Source: Campylobacterota bacterium
GTDB taxonomy: Bacteria; Campylobacterota; Campylobacteria; Campylobacterales; Sulfurimonadaceae
Length of the DNA: 49,018 nucleotides
Assembly (NCBI GenBank): GCA_034717975.1
Contig: JAYEMF010000029.1
Location: forward strand, 4,982-53,999
Direction of reading: 5' to 3'
The position numbers were made by a program, and so were the translations under genes. This document shows positions 20,487-28,924 of this stretch, piece after piece; the first letter of the stretch is position 1; each line of letters begins with the position of its first letter. Under the pieces are notes generated by a model that had not been told where the DNA came from, did not search any database, and saw only the letters and a program-made list of their open reading frames with translations.

Positions 20487-21117
20487 AATCACTGCCCTAA
20501 AAACAGGCCGTCTGGCCGAAGATATCAATAAACAGTTTCCTCTCAGTCCGAAGGTCAAAGAGGCTATCGCCAAGACCGACAGGGAAGCATTTGTACCCAA
20601 TGGCTTCAAACACAACGCCTATAAGCTCGATGCCTTGCCTATCGGTGCACAGCAGTGGATCAGTTCGCCGTTGACGGTGGCAAAGATGACGGAGTACCTC
20701 TCTCCCGAAGGTGCAGACAGAGTTCTGGAAGTGGGCTGCGGCAGCGGTTATCAGGCAGCGGTTCTCTCCCATCTTTTTCGCGGTGTCTTTACAATCGAGA
20801 GGATCGACTCACTGATGCTCGAGGCAAAGGAGCGTTTTAAAAAGCTGGGAGTTCACAACATACACACCCGTACCGATGATGGCCAGAACGGCTGGGTCCA
20901 GTACGCTCCGTATGACCGTATCCTCTTTTCCGCTTCAGCCAAAGAGATCCCGCAAAGACTGATCGATCAGCTGGCGCCTAACGGCATTATCGTTGCCCCG
21001 ATGGAGCGCGGCGGCAAGCAGGTGATCACCCGATTTGTGAAACGCGGCAGCAGGCTGGTTGAAGATGCTCTCGACAGCTGTAAATTTGTTCCGGTACTCG
21101 ATGGTGTTCAGCGATAG
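20476..21117 (+). CDS. pcm: Protein-L-isoaspartate O-methyltransferase
   Basis: [26 protein letters not shown]. Confidence 0.92.
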   Translation: MLSKITALKTGRLAEDINKQFPLSPKVKEAIAKTDREAFVPNGFKHNAYKLDALPIGAQQWISSPLTVAKMTEYLSPEGADRVLEVGCGSGYQAAVLSHLFRGVFTIERIDSLMLEAKERFKKLGVHNIHTRTDDGQNGWVQYAPYDRILFSASAKEIPQRLIDQLAPNGIIVAPMERGGKQVITRFVKRGSRLVEDALDSCKFVPVLDGVQR

Positions 21118-21311
21118 TGATTATGATGCAATAACGGCCTCACTTCTGCATTTAAAAGATCTGCTTAGGATCAGGCCTTCCCCAAAGGCATTGAAGGTTT
21201 TTTAAGCCCTTATAAACCAATCTCGTATTATTGTTAAAAAACGGCTATAAAAGCCTAGCTGTACTATAATCGTATAAAAGGCTCACCAGAATGTGGGGAA
21301 AAGGAGCTGTT

Positions 21312-22229
21312 ATGCGTTTATTGATGGGAATGATTTGGCTGATGCTGTTAATATCGGCAGGGAGTGCACAAAACGGTACTTCTGAAAAAGGAAATGTCTA
21401 TCGTCATCCTACGGGGCTCTCTTTTTGGTATCCGCAAAGCTGGCAGCTTCAGGAACAAGATGAGGCGCTTCAGCTGGTGCCCAACAATGTGGTATCTACA
21501 CAAGAGGGACCTTCTGAACTCTTTTTCGTCACTGGCGAGAGTGTAGCAGGGACAGGCATATCCCGTGCCGATAATCCGCAGGTGATCAGTTACTGTGATC
21601 AGCAGGTACGTTCCATTTTGCCGGCTTTGCAGCTGCAGCAGGATAAAGAGTATGTCGATCTGATGGGAACCCAGGGGATCGTGCTTAAATGGGCTGGCAA
21701 CAATAACGCCGGGAAACCTATTGAAGGGCGTGCCTACATCGTTATTTCCCGGGGGCATGCCTTAACGCTCTCGGCCATTGCGTATAAAGGGTTGATAGAT
21801 AAGCGTACGGACTCTTTGAAAAAGATATTCAGGTCGTTTGTATTGGGTCAGGGGCAACAGGACCCTGCACTGGTCGGATCATGGAACAAACTATCATCAT
21901 CCTATCTGGAAAATCCGGACAGGATCTATCAAACGGCATGGAGTGCCGCACGATCGGCAACGGATGAAAAAAGCCAGCTGTCATTTTATGCCGATGGGCG
22001 ATGGCATCAGGTTAACTCTTCACATACGATTGTGGGTGCCGGAGATATTTGGCTCGAGGATAAAAGTAAAGATGAGTATAAAGGGCAGTGGTATGCCGAC
22101 GGCAAACGGCTCTTTATGATTTATCAGGACAATACCTGGGAAGAGTTTGCGTATAAAGTTGTTTCAACGGGAAGCGGCCGTGAGCTCAGAACTGCCGTGG
22201 GAAAGCGTGTCACCATATGGAATCAGTAG
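21312..22229 (+). CDS. Exported hypothetical protein (PsbP-like N-domain plus lipocalin-like C-domain)
   Basis: AAGGAG RBS before ATG 21312; signal peptide; GLSFWYPQSW and LVGSW patterns. Confidence 0.65.
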   Translation: MRLLMGMIWLMLLISAGSAQNGTSEKGNVYRHPTGLSFWYPQSWQLQEQDEALQLVPNNVVSTQEGPSELFFVTGESVAGTGISRADNPQVISYCDQQVRSILPALQLQQDKEYVDLMGTQGIVLKWAGNNNAGKPIEGRAYIVISRGHALTLSAIAYKGLIDKRTDSLKKIFRSFVLGQGQQDPALVGSWNKLSSSYLENPDRIYQTAWSAARSATDEKSQLSFYADGRWHQVNSSHTIVGAGDIWLEDKSKDEYKGQWYADGKRLFMIYQDNTWEEFAYKVVSTGSGRELRTAVGKRVTIWNQ

Positions 22230-22233
22230 TTAG

Positions 22234-22689
22234 GTGGGGGATGGTTTGTGTTCAGTAATCTTTGTCTGTCTGGGCAATATCTGCCGTTCTCCCATTGCTG
22301 AAGGGGTGGCGAGAAAGATCGCTGATGAACGTGGTCTGGATATCGTTATTGATTCTGCCGGTACAGGCAGCTGGCATGTAGGTGAATCACCATGTCAAAA
22401 CTCCATAACAGTTGCAGGTAAGTACGGCATCGATATTTCCAAGCTTCGTGCCCGTCAGGTCAAACCGGAAGACTTTGAGATGTTTGATCTTGTTATTGCT
22501 TTGGATGAGAGTAACTATAACGACTTAAAACAGATGGGGGCATCATCACTTCACAAACTTGGTGCGTTTGGTTATGAGAATGAGGATGTACCTGACCCTT
22601 ATTTCTTTGATGGGTATGAGGGGTTTGATAGGGTGTATGAGATGATAGAGGTTTGTGTTAGTGAGCTGTTTGATCAGAAGTTTCACTAA
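22234..22689 (+). CDS. Low-molecular-weight protein tyrosine phosphatase
   Basis: VCLGNICRS, DSAGT, VPDPY. Confidence 0.92.
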   Translation: MGDGLCSVIFVCLGNICRSPIAEGVARKIADERGLDIVIDSAGTGSWHVGESPCQNSITVAGKYGIDISKLRARQVKPEDFEMFDLVIALDESNYNDLKQMGASSLHKLGAFGYENEDVPDPYFFDGYEGFDRVYEMIEVCVSELFDQKFH

Positions 22690-22693
22690 CTTA

Positions 22694-22823
22694 CTCAACT
22701 TTCGCACATAAAAAACGGCTGTCATTCCGGGCTTGACCCGGAATCTAGTGGTTTTTATGTTTAAGACCTTGCAGCTGTGGACCCCGGATCAAGTCCGGGG
22801 TGACGGCATGTGCGAAAGTTGAG
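22694..22823. mobile_element. MITE-like element enclosing an inverted REP-like doublet
   Basis: 16-bp perfect terminal IR ctcaactttcgcacat; flanking 7-bp direct repeat taactta; internal hairpins gtcattccgggcttgacccggaatc and gaccccggatcaagtccggggtgac. Confidence 0.75.
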
Positions 22824-22860
22824 TAACTTATTTGATTATTGAGTTTTTCTGTGCAGCTCC

Positions 22861-23309
22861 CTTACTTTTTTTGCTTGCAAAAAAGTAAGCAAAAAGCGCC
22901 TTGTGCCGGTTGGTAAGCTTCCTGGCTGGAAGTTCCCGATTGTTGAAGCATATCATCCTAAAAACCCAAAACTCGCTTCGCTCAAACAGATGGGTTTTCT
23001 TAACGGCTGATATGCTTCAACAATCGGCTTTCCAAAGGCACAAGAGTTTATCTATTGGGGAACGCATTGATGATTATTGATTTCGCAAAGCGAAATACAA
23101 CGCTAGCGTTGTAAAGCATGGTCAGGCTTATCTGATTGGGTGTAGTTTCTAAGACTGTGAGACTGACTGTCAGCCTGATATCTTTGCCGCACATCTATGT
23201 CATTAAATCCGCGGAGCCTTGGTAGCGAGTTTTTCTTCATCCAATGCTTTGAAATGGCATTGAACACACGTGCTTACTTTCTTTTTGCCGAGAACAAAAA
23301 GAAAGTAAG
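22861..23309. repeat. Long palindromic non-coding element with related terminal hairpins
   Basis: cttacttt...aaagtaag hairpins at both ends; internal perfect 20-bp IR at 22936-22955 and 23008-23027. Confidence 0.65.
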
Positions 23310-23365
23310 AGAACAGCTCATTTAAAACACAACAGGATTAAAATTTAAAGAGAGGTTTTAAAAGA

Positions 23366-23737
23366 CTATTCCGAGAAAGGCAACTCTTCATATTTAATTG
23401 ATTTCCCAATCAAATACATAACAGAATCATTAGCAGATGTCAGTGAATTATAACTGCCAAAGACCAACCCGCAATCATCCCCCTGAAACAAGATACTAAC
23501 ACCATCACTCATATCGACAAAATTGAACTTACTGTCATCGATGAGTCTGGCATCATGAACACTGCTAACCTCAAGTGCAAGGTTGATCCAGTCAAATCCA
23601 CGGTTCTTGTCTTGTACAGAAAAGGTAACGGTGAAAGTTGTGGGGTCTTTCATGATGATGGAGCGAAGTTCTCCATCTTTGGCATGGTCTATCCGCTCAA
23701 TCAGTGTCGAAGTGTTTGAGGCTGTTAGCGGTCGCAT
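23366..23737 (-). CDS. Hypothetical protein
   Basis: 123 aa ORF starting 1 bp after the nrdA stop. Confidence 0.75.
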   Translation of the reverse strand: MRPLTASNTSTLIERIDHAKDGELRSIIMKDPTTFTVTFSVQDKNRGFDWINLALEVSSVHDARLIDDSKFNFVDMSDGVSILFQGDDCGLVFGSYNSLTSANDSVMYLIGKSIKYEELPFSE

Positions 23738-23738
23738 G

Positions 23739-26105
23739 TTATTGGCAGCCTACACATTCCAGTGAGCGGTCTTCAACATCATTAGAGGCTTCAGGTGACT
23801 GAGAACGCAGGTAGTATGTCGATTTCAGACCCAGACGCCATGCAAGGGTATAGATCTCGTTGAGATATCTGCCGCTGGCTTTATCTAGGGTGATGAAGAT
23901 ATTTAGACTCTGGCCCTGATCTATCCAGCGCTGGCGGATAGCACCGGCTTTGATCAGGATAGTCTGGTCAAGATCGTAGGCCGGAGTGTAGTACTCCCAT
24001 GTCTCAGGGCTTAGTTTTGGTACAACGACCGGAATAAGTCCGGAAAGGTTCTCTTCATACCACTTACGTTTGTAGACCGGCTCGATTGCCTGTGTCGTAC
24101 CGGTAAGGATGGAGATTGAACTGGTCGGTGCGACGGCCATCAGGTAACCGTTACGCATCCCCTGCTTTTTCACCTTGGCTCGCAGCTCATCCCATTCGTA
24201 AGTTGAGGCGAAAAGACCGCCGCGATCGATCAGGTTCAGCACTTCGGCTTTGGTGTGATCCATCGGGAAGATGCCGCGGCTCCATTTAGAACCTTCAAAT
24301 TCTGGGTAGGCACCTTTCTCCTCAGCCAGATCGGCTGAGGCATTGATGGCGTTGTAGCTAACTGCTTCTAACACCTCGTCGATCTTGTCGAAGTGCTCTT
24401 GCGTCCCCCAGCTGATTCCATGTTCGGCCAGCATCTGCGCTTCACCCATAACACCTAAACCGACAGAGCGGCTTTTCATGTTGGTGCGTTTTACTTTTTC
24501 CAGTGGGTAGAAGTTCAGGTCGATGACATTGTCCAGCGCACGCATGGCAATAGGTACGACACGTTCAATATCCTCTTTTGTATTGATACGGGAGAGGTTG
24601 ATGGAAGCGAGGTTACACACTGCAGTCGCACCATCGACTTTCTCTTTCTCAACGATGTAGACCTGGCGTCCATCGATGGAGTCCAGAGCCGTAACTTTGT
24701 TAGCTGGTTTTTCAATACCACTGTCTACTTTGACCAGCTCATCCTCTTCGAAGGTGATAAAGTCGCCATCTTCAAACTTGAGTTTGGTGCGGTAGTGGTT
24801 GGTCTCTGTGTTTTGGAAGATCTCTGTACAGAGATTCGAACTGCGGATAATTCCGTAGTGATCGTTCGGGTTGGCACGGTTGGCGTTGTCTTTGAAACAG
24901 ATGAAAGGATTTCCTGTTTCAAAGTAGCTGGTCAGAATCTTCTTCCAGAGGTTTTTGGCTTTGATATGCTCTTTGACAATACTCTCATCCTGTTCCAGTT
25001 CAAGGTAGCGCTTCTCAAAAGCTTCGCCGTGAAGATCGGTCAACTCCAGGCAATCATAAGGATCGAACAGTGTCCAGATGCCATCTTCGGCAACACGTTT
25101 CATAAAGAGATCATTGATCCAGACAGCCGGGAAAAGATCGTGGGCACGGCGACGTTCTTCCCCGGAGTTCTTCTTGATATCGATAAAGTCATTGATATCC
25201 ATATGCCATGGTTCGAGATAGACGGCAATGGCACCTTTGCGGGTACCAAGCTGGTCAACGGCAATAGCGATGTCGTTGGTGATCTTCAAAAACGGGATGG
25301 TGCCGCCGGCAGCATTTTTATGGTTGTCTATAACCGAACCCATGGCGCGTACCCGTGTCCAGTCCCAGCCGATCCCACCGCCAAATTTGGAAAGCAGGGC
25401 CATCTCTTTGTAGGCATCAAAGATACCTTCGATGTTATCCGGTGTAGAACCGATATAGCATGAGCTTAACTGGTGGCGTGTCGTTCTGGCATTGGAGAGA
25501 GTCGGTGTAGCTAACATTACCTCGAACTTGGAGACCATGTTGTAAAACTTGATAGCCCACTCTTGAGGGTTCTCTTCATTTTGTGCCAGGAACATGGCAA
25601 TCGCCATAAACATATGCTGAGGCAGTTCGATAGGCTCGGCATTACGGTCTTTAATGAGGTAGCGGTCGTAAAGTGTTTTAATGCCAAGATAGTTAAAGAG
25701 GAGGTCACGTTCGGGGACAATGTGTCTGTCCAGCTCTTCAAGGTCGTACTTCTCTTTGAGGCCAAGCAGGATCCGGCCCTCTTTTTCACCACGTTCAAAA
25801 TATTCACGCATCTTGCCGTAGCCTGTGTAGCCATTGACATTGTGGTAGAGATCATAAAGAAAAAGTCGTGATGCGACAAAGGTCCAGTTTGGTGCATCGA
25901 TATCGATCTTGTCGACGGCAGTCTTGATCAGAGTCTCCTGGATCTCTTTGGAAGTGATGCCGTCACGGAAGTGGATCTGTGCATCGACTTCCAGTTCACT
26001 TTGTGAGACATTGTAGAGGCCTTTGACGGCCGCAGAAGTGTACTTCTGGATTTTAGTAATATCAAGAGGCTCTTGGCGGCCGTTACGCTTGATAACAGTG
26101 ATCAT
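23739..26105 (-). CDS. nrdA: Ribonucleotide reductase class I alpha subunit
   Basis: ATP-cone (VIKRNG), ATPT, SSC, SNLCTEI, APTSS, KSTYY, C-terminal CVGC. Confidence 0.96.
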   Translation of the reverse strand: MITVIKRNGRQEPLDITKIQKYTSAAVKGLYNVSQSELEVDAQIHFRDGITSKEIQETLIKTAVDKIDIDAPNWTFVASRLFLYDLYHNVNGYTGYGKMREYFERGEKEGRILLGLKEKYDLEELDRHIVPERDLLFNYLGIKTLYDRYLIKDRNAEPIELPQHMFMAIAMFLAQNEENPQEWAIKFYNMVSKFEVMLATPTLSNARTTRHQLSSCYIGSTPDNIEGIFDAYKEMALLSKFGGGIGWDWTRVRAMGSVIDNHKNAAGGTIPFLKITNDIAIAVDQLGTRKGAIAVYLEPWHMDINDFIDIKKNSGEERRRAHDLFPAVWINDLFMKRVAEDGIWTLFDPYDCLELTDLHGEAFEKRYLELEQDESIVKEHIKAKNLWKKILTSYFETGNPFICFKDNANRANPNDHYGIIRSSNLCTEIFQNTETNHYRTKLKFEDGDFITFEEDELVKVDSGIEKPANKVTALDSIDGRQVYIVEKEKVDGATAVCNLASINLSRINTKEDIERVVPIAMRALDNVIDLNFYPLEKVKRTNMKSRSVGLGVMGEAQMLAEHGISWGTQEHFDKIDEVLEAVSYNAINASADLAEEKGAYPEFEGSKWSRGIFPMDHTKAEVLNLIDRGGLFASTYEWDELRAKVKKQGMRNGYLMAVAPTSSISILTGTTQAIEPVYKRKWYEENLSGLIPVVVPKLSPETWEYYTPAYDLDQTILIKAGAIRQRWIDQGQSLNIFITLDKASGRYLNEIYTLAWRLGLKSTYYLRSQSPEASNDVEDRSLECVGCQ

Positions 26106-26168
26106 TTACGATTCCTTGGTGCGACTAAGTATCGCTTTTTATAATATTTTAAAAGTGCCAACGGCACG

Positions 26169-26231
26169 TGAGCTTGCTGCTGAAGCAAACTCAGCGTTAG
26201 CGTAGTCAAAGGGGCTTTGCTCGTTTGGCGT
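26169..26231 (+). repeat. 63-bp dispersed structured repeat, copy 1
   Basis: 57/63 identical to 42907-42969 by manual alignment. Confidence 0.85.
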
Positions 26232-26234
26232 ATT

Positions 26235-27566
26235 TTATTTTGTGAACACACGTGCGAATATTTTATCCACATTTTTTGTGTAATAGTCATAATTGAAGCA
26301 CTCTCTGATCTGTTCTTCACTCAGACTGTTACGCAACTCCTCATCCTCCAAAAGGTACTGAAGATAGAGGCTCTCACCAGTTTCATTGAGCGCCGGTTTG
26401 CCTTGTTGGAGCCCTTCCCACACCTTCATCGCATTACGCTGAACGATACGGTATGCATCTTCACGTGAGACGCCCTGGATCGGCAGTTCAAGCAGAACGC
26501 GTTGAGAGAATACCAGACCGCCGGTAAGGTTGAGGTTTTTCATCATATTCTCAGGATATACTGTCAGATTAGCGATGACATTGTTCATACGGTGAAGCAT
26601 AAAGTCTGTGGTGACGAAAGCATCCGGTAGCCAGAAACGTTCGGTGGAACTGTGAGAGATGTCGCGCTCATGCCAGAGGGCGACATTCTCCATAGCCGGA
26701 TTGGCGTAGGCACGGATCATGCGTGCAAGCCCTGTAATGTTCTCTGTCAGGATAGGATTACGTTTGTGTGGCATAGCTGAAGAGCCTTTCTGTCCTTTTG
26801 CAAAGAACTCTTCACACTCGTACACTTCTGTACGCTGCCAGTGGCGAACCTGCACAGCGAATTTTTCGATCGTGCTGGCCATCAGTGCCAAGGTTGTAGC
26901 TAACCGTGCATAACGGTCACGCTGGATTACCTGGTTGGATGCCGGTGCCGGTTTAAGGCCCAACTCTTCACAGGTATACTCTTCCAGTTCTAACGGTGCA
27001 TGAGCAAAGTTACCCATTGCCCCCGAGACCTGACCGACAGCAATAACATCCATTGTTTGCTCAAGGTTCTCAAGGTGGCGTGCCATTTCGTCATACCAGA
27101 CAGCTAACACAAGACCGAATGTGATCGGTTCACCATGGATGCCGTGGGAACGTCCGACCATCAATGTCATCTTATGCTCTTGAGCCCGCTTCTTGATCGA
27201 CTCCATGATCATCTTCACATCTTTGATGACAAGTTCCAGTGAATCTTTCATCTGAACAGCTACAGCCGTATCGATGGTATCTGAGGAGGTCATGCCGTAG
27301 TGAAACCATCGACTCTCGTCGCCAAGTGTCTCTGCAACGGATGTAGTAAAGGCGATCAGGTCATGCCTTGTGACTGCTTCTATCTCATCAATGCGCTCTA
27401 CGCTAAAGCCGGCTTTTTCAACAATATTGTTTGCATCATCATCCGGGATCAGTCCCAAGCGGTTCCATGCTTTGACTACTGCTTTTTCAACATCAAGCCA
27501 TGCCTGATACTTGGCCTGCATTGTCCATTTGGATTTCATCTCTTCTCGAGCATAACGTTCTACCAT
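26235..27566 (-). CDS. purB: Adenylosuccinate lyase
   Basis: MVERY, TRHD, GSSAMPHKRNP signature. Confidence 0.97.
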   Translation of the reverse strand: MVERYAREEMKSKWTMQAKYQAWLDVEKAVVKAWNRLGLIPDDDANNIVEKAGFSVERIDEIEAVTRHDLIAFTTSVAETLGDESRWFHYGMTSSDTIDTAVAVQMKDSLELVIKDVKMIMESIKKRAQEHKMTLMVGRSHGIHGEPITFGLVLAVWYDEMARHLENLEQTMDVIAVGQVSGAMGNFAHAPLELEEYTCEELGLKPAPASNQVIQRDRYARLATTLALMASTIEKFAVQVRHWQRTEVYECEEFFAKGQKGSSAMPHKRNPILTENITGLARMIRAYANPAMENVALWHERDISHSSTERFWLPDAFVTTDFMLHRMNNVIANLTVYPENMMKNLNLTGGLVFSQRVLLELPIQGVSREDAYRIVQRNAMKVWEGLQQGKPALNETGESLYLQYLLEDEELRNSLSEEQIRECFNYDYYTKNVDKIFARVFTK

Positions 27567-27685
27567 TACTGTTTACCTTTAGTCATAATATGAGGTGATG
27601 TATTTGTGCTAAAATTCGCATAAATAAAGTATTTTATATTAACCTAGAGTGTCTAATAAAGGGTTTAAATCGAGAGGACATTTTT

Positions 27686-28603
27686 ATGCCATTTGTAATT
27701 AAAAAGCTTCATGCACCACATAAGCAAAAAGCATTTCTTTTCCTCATTAAAGAGTTGGGTTATACGCAGCGTGAAGCGCAGAGAATGATTGCCAAGGGTC
27801 GACTCTTTATTGATGGTGAGCCTATGACTAATAATTATGGAACAGTCGATGGTCCGTTTGAGTTTGTTTGTTTTGAATCTTCCACACGAGGATTGAACCC
27901 CCTGTTTATAACAAGTGAGTTTGCTGTTTTTGATAAGCCAAGTGGTGTTTTGATTCACCCCCAAAACCGCTATACACCCTACTCCCTTGTTGATGAGATC
28001 CGTCATCACTTTGGCAGGGATGCTAACATTACTCACCGTATCGATCAGGAGACAAGCGGTCTGGTGTTAGCCGCCCGTAACAAAAAGAGTGAACGTGACC
28101 TGAAGATGATGTTTGAGCATCGTCAGATGCAGAAGTATTATGTTGCGTTGGTGCATGGGCATGTTTCACGTGAAACAGAAATTGATGTGCCCCTGCTTCG
28201 TCAGGAAGATGCGAGTGCTATTGTCAGGCTGACAGTAAAAGTTCATGAAGATGGAAAAGCGTCTAAGACTTTCATTCGCCCTCTAAAATATCTCCCCGAG
28301 CATGATATGACGCTGGTGGAGGCCAAGCCTTATACGGGAAGGCAGCATCAGATCAGAGTGCATCTGTTTCACGTGAAACATCCTATCGTCGGAGATCCGA
28401 TCTATGGGCAGAAAGAAGAAGATGTATTGCGCTTCCTCGACAAGGAGATTACACCAGAAGAGCGATTGAAGCTTTCCGGCGCAACACGGCTGTTATTGCA
28501 TGCCTCACAACTTGATTTTGAGTACAAAGGACATCATTACTCCATTCATTCCAAAACTGATTTTATTGAAGAGGCGCTTAAGGCTATGGAGACTGTCCAT
28601 TGA
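27686..28603 (+). CDS. RluA/RluD-family pseudouridine synthase
   Basis: DKPSG, HRIDQETSG, TGRQHQIRVH, GDPIYG, LLHA. Confidence 0.93.
   Translation: MPFVIKKLHAPHKQKAFLFLIKELGYTQREAQRMIAKGRLFIDGEPMTNNYGTVDGPFEFVCFESSTRGLNPLFITSEFAVFDKPSGVLIHPQNRYTPYSLVDEIRHHFGRDANITHRIDQETSGLVLAARNKKSERDLKMMFEHRQMQKYYVALVHGHVSRETEIDVPLLRQEDASAIVRLTVKVHEDGKASKTFIRPLKYLPEHDMTLVEAKPYTGRQHQIRVHLFHVKHPIVGDPIYGQKEEDVLRFLDKEITPEERLKLSGATRLLLHASQLDFEYKGHHYSIHSKTDFIEEALKAMETVH
28162..28177. other. parS: parS centromere site 1
   Basis: Perfect TGTTTCACGTGAAACA palindrome, the canonical chromosomal parS consensus. Confidence 0.9.
28365..28380. other. parS: parS centromere site 2
   Basis: Perfect TGTTTCACGTGAAACA palindrome, encodes LFHVKH. 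Confidence 0.9.
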
Positions 28604-28657
28604 TCTATTTTACTCCCTAAAATTATGCTCCCAGCATAATTTCTTAACGGGAGATAT

Positions 28658-28889
28658 CGTGAAACATCCTATCGTCGGAGATCCGATCTATGGGCAGAAA
28701 GAAGAAGATGTATTGCGCTTCCTCGACAAGGAGATTACACCAGAAGAGCGATTGAAGCTTTCCGGCGCAACACGGCTGTTATTGCATGCCTCACAACTTG
28801 ATTTTGAATACAGGCAGCACCACTACTCCATCCATTCTAAAACCGATTTTATAAAAGAAGCATTTACCGCTATGCAGAGTGTCCGTTAG
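28658..28889 (+). pseudogene. Duplicated 3' fragment of the pseudouridine synthase gene
   Basis: 28658-28807 identical to 28372-28521, followed by a diverged but in-frame tail; lacks the catalytic HRID motif. Confidence 0.85.
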
Positions 28890-28924
28890 CAGCTCCTCTG
28901 TTGATGAGGCGATACGTTTAAAGT

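Noticed and set aside
22690..23330. Repeat block as a CRISPR array
   Set aside because: The repeats are inverted and nested, not direct repeats with unique spacers; no cas genes.
24640..24810. Insertion in NrdA after NLCTEI as an intein or intron
   Set aside because: Short, in frame, no intein terminal residues; such an insert is usual in Campylobacterota NrdA.
26263..26271. Perfect DnaA box TTATCCACA upstream of nrdA
   Set aside because: Single 9-mer within purB codons (N-V-D-K); could easily be chance.
28520..28889. Duplicated gene tail as a diversity-generating retroelement TR/VR pair
   Set aside because: Differences are not adenine-specific (many T/C and G/C changes, often at third positions) and no reverse transcriptase is present.
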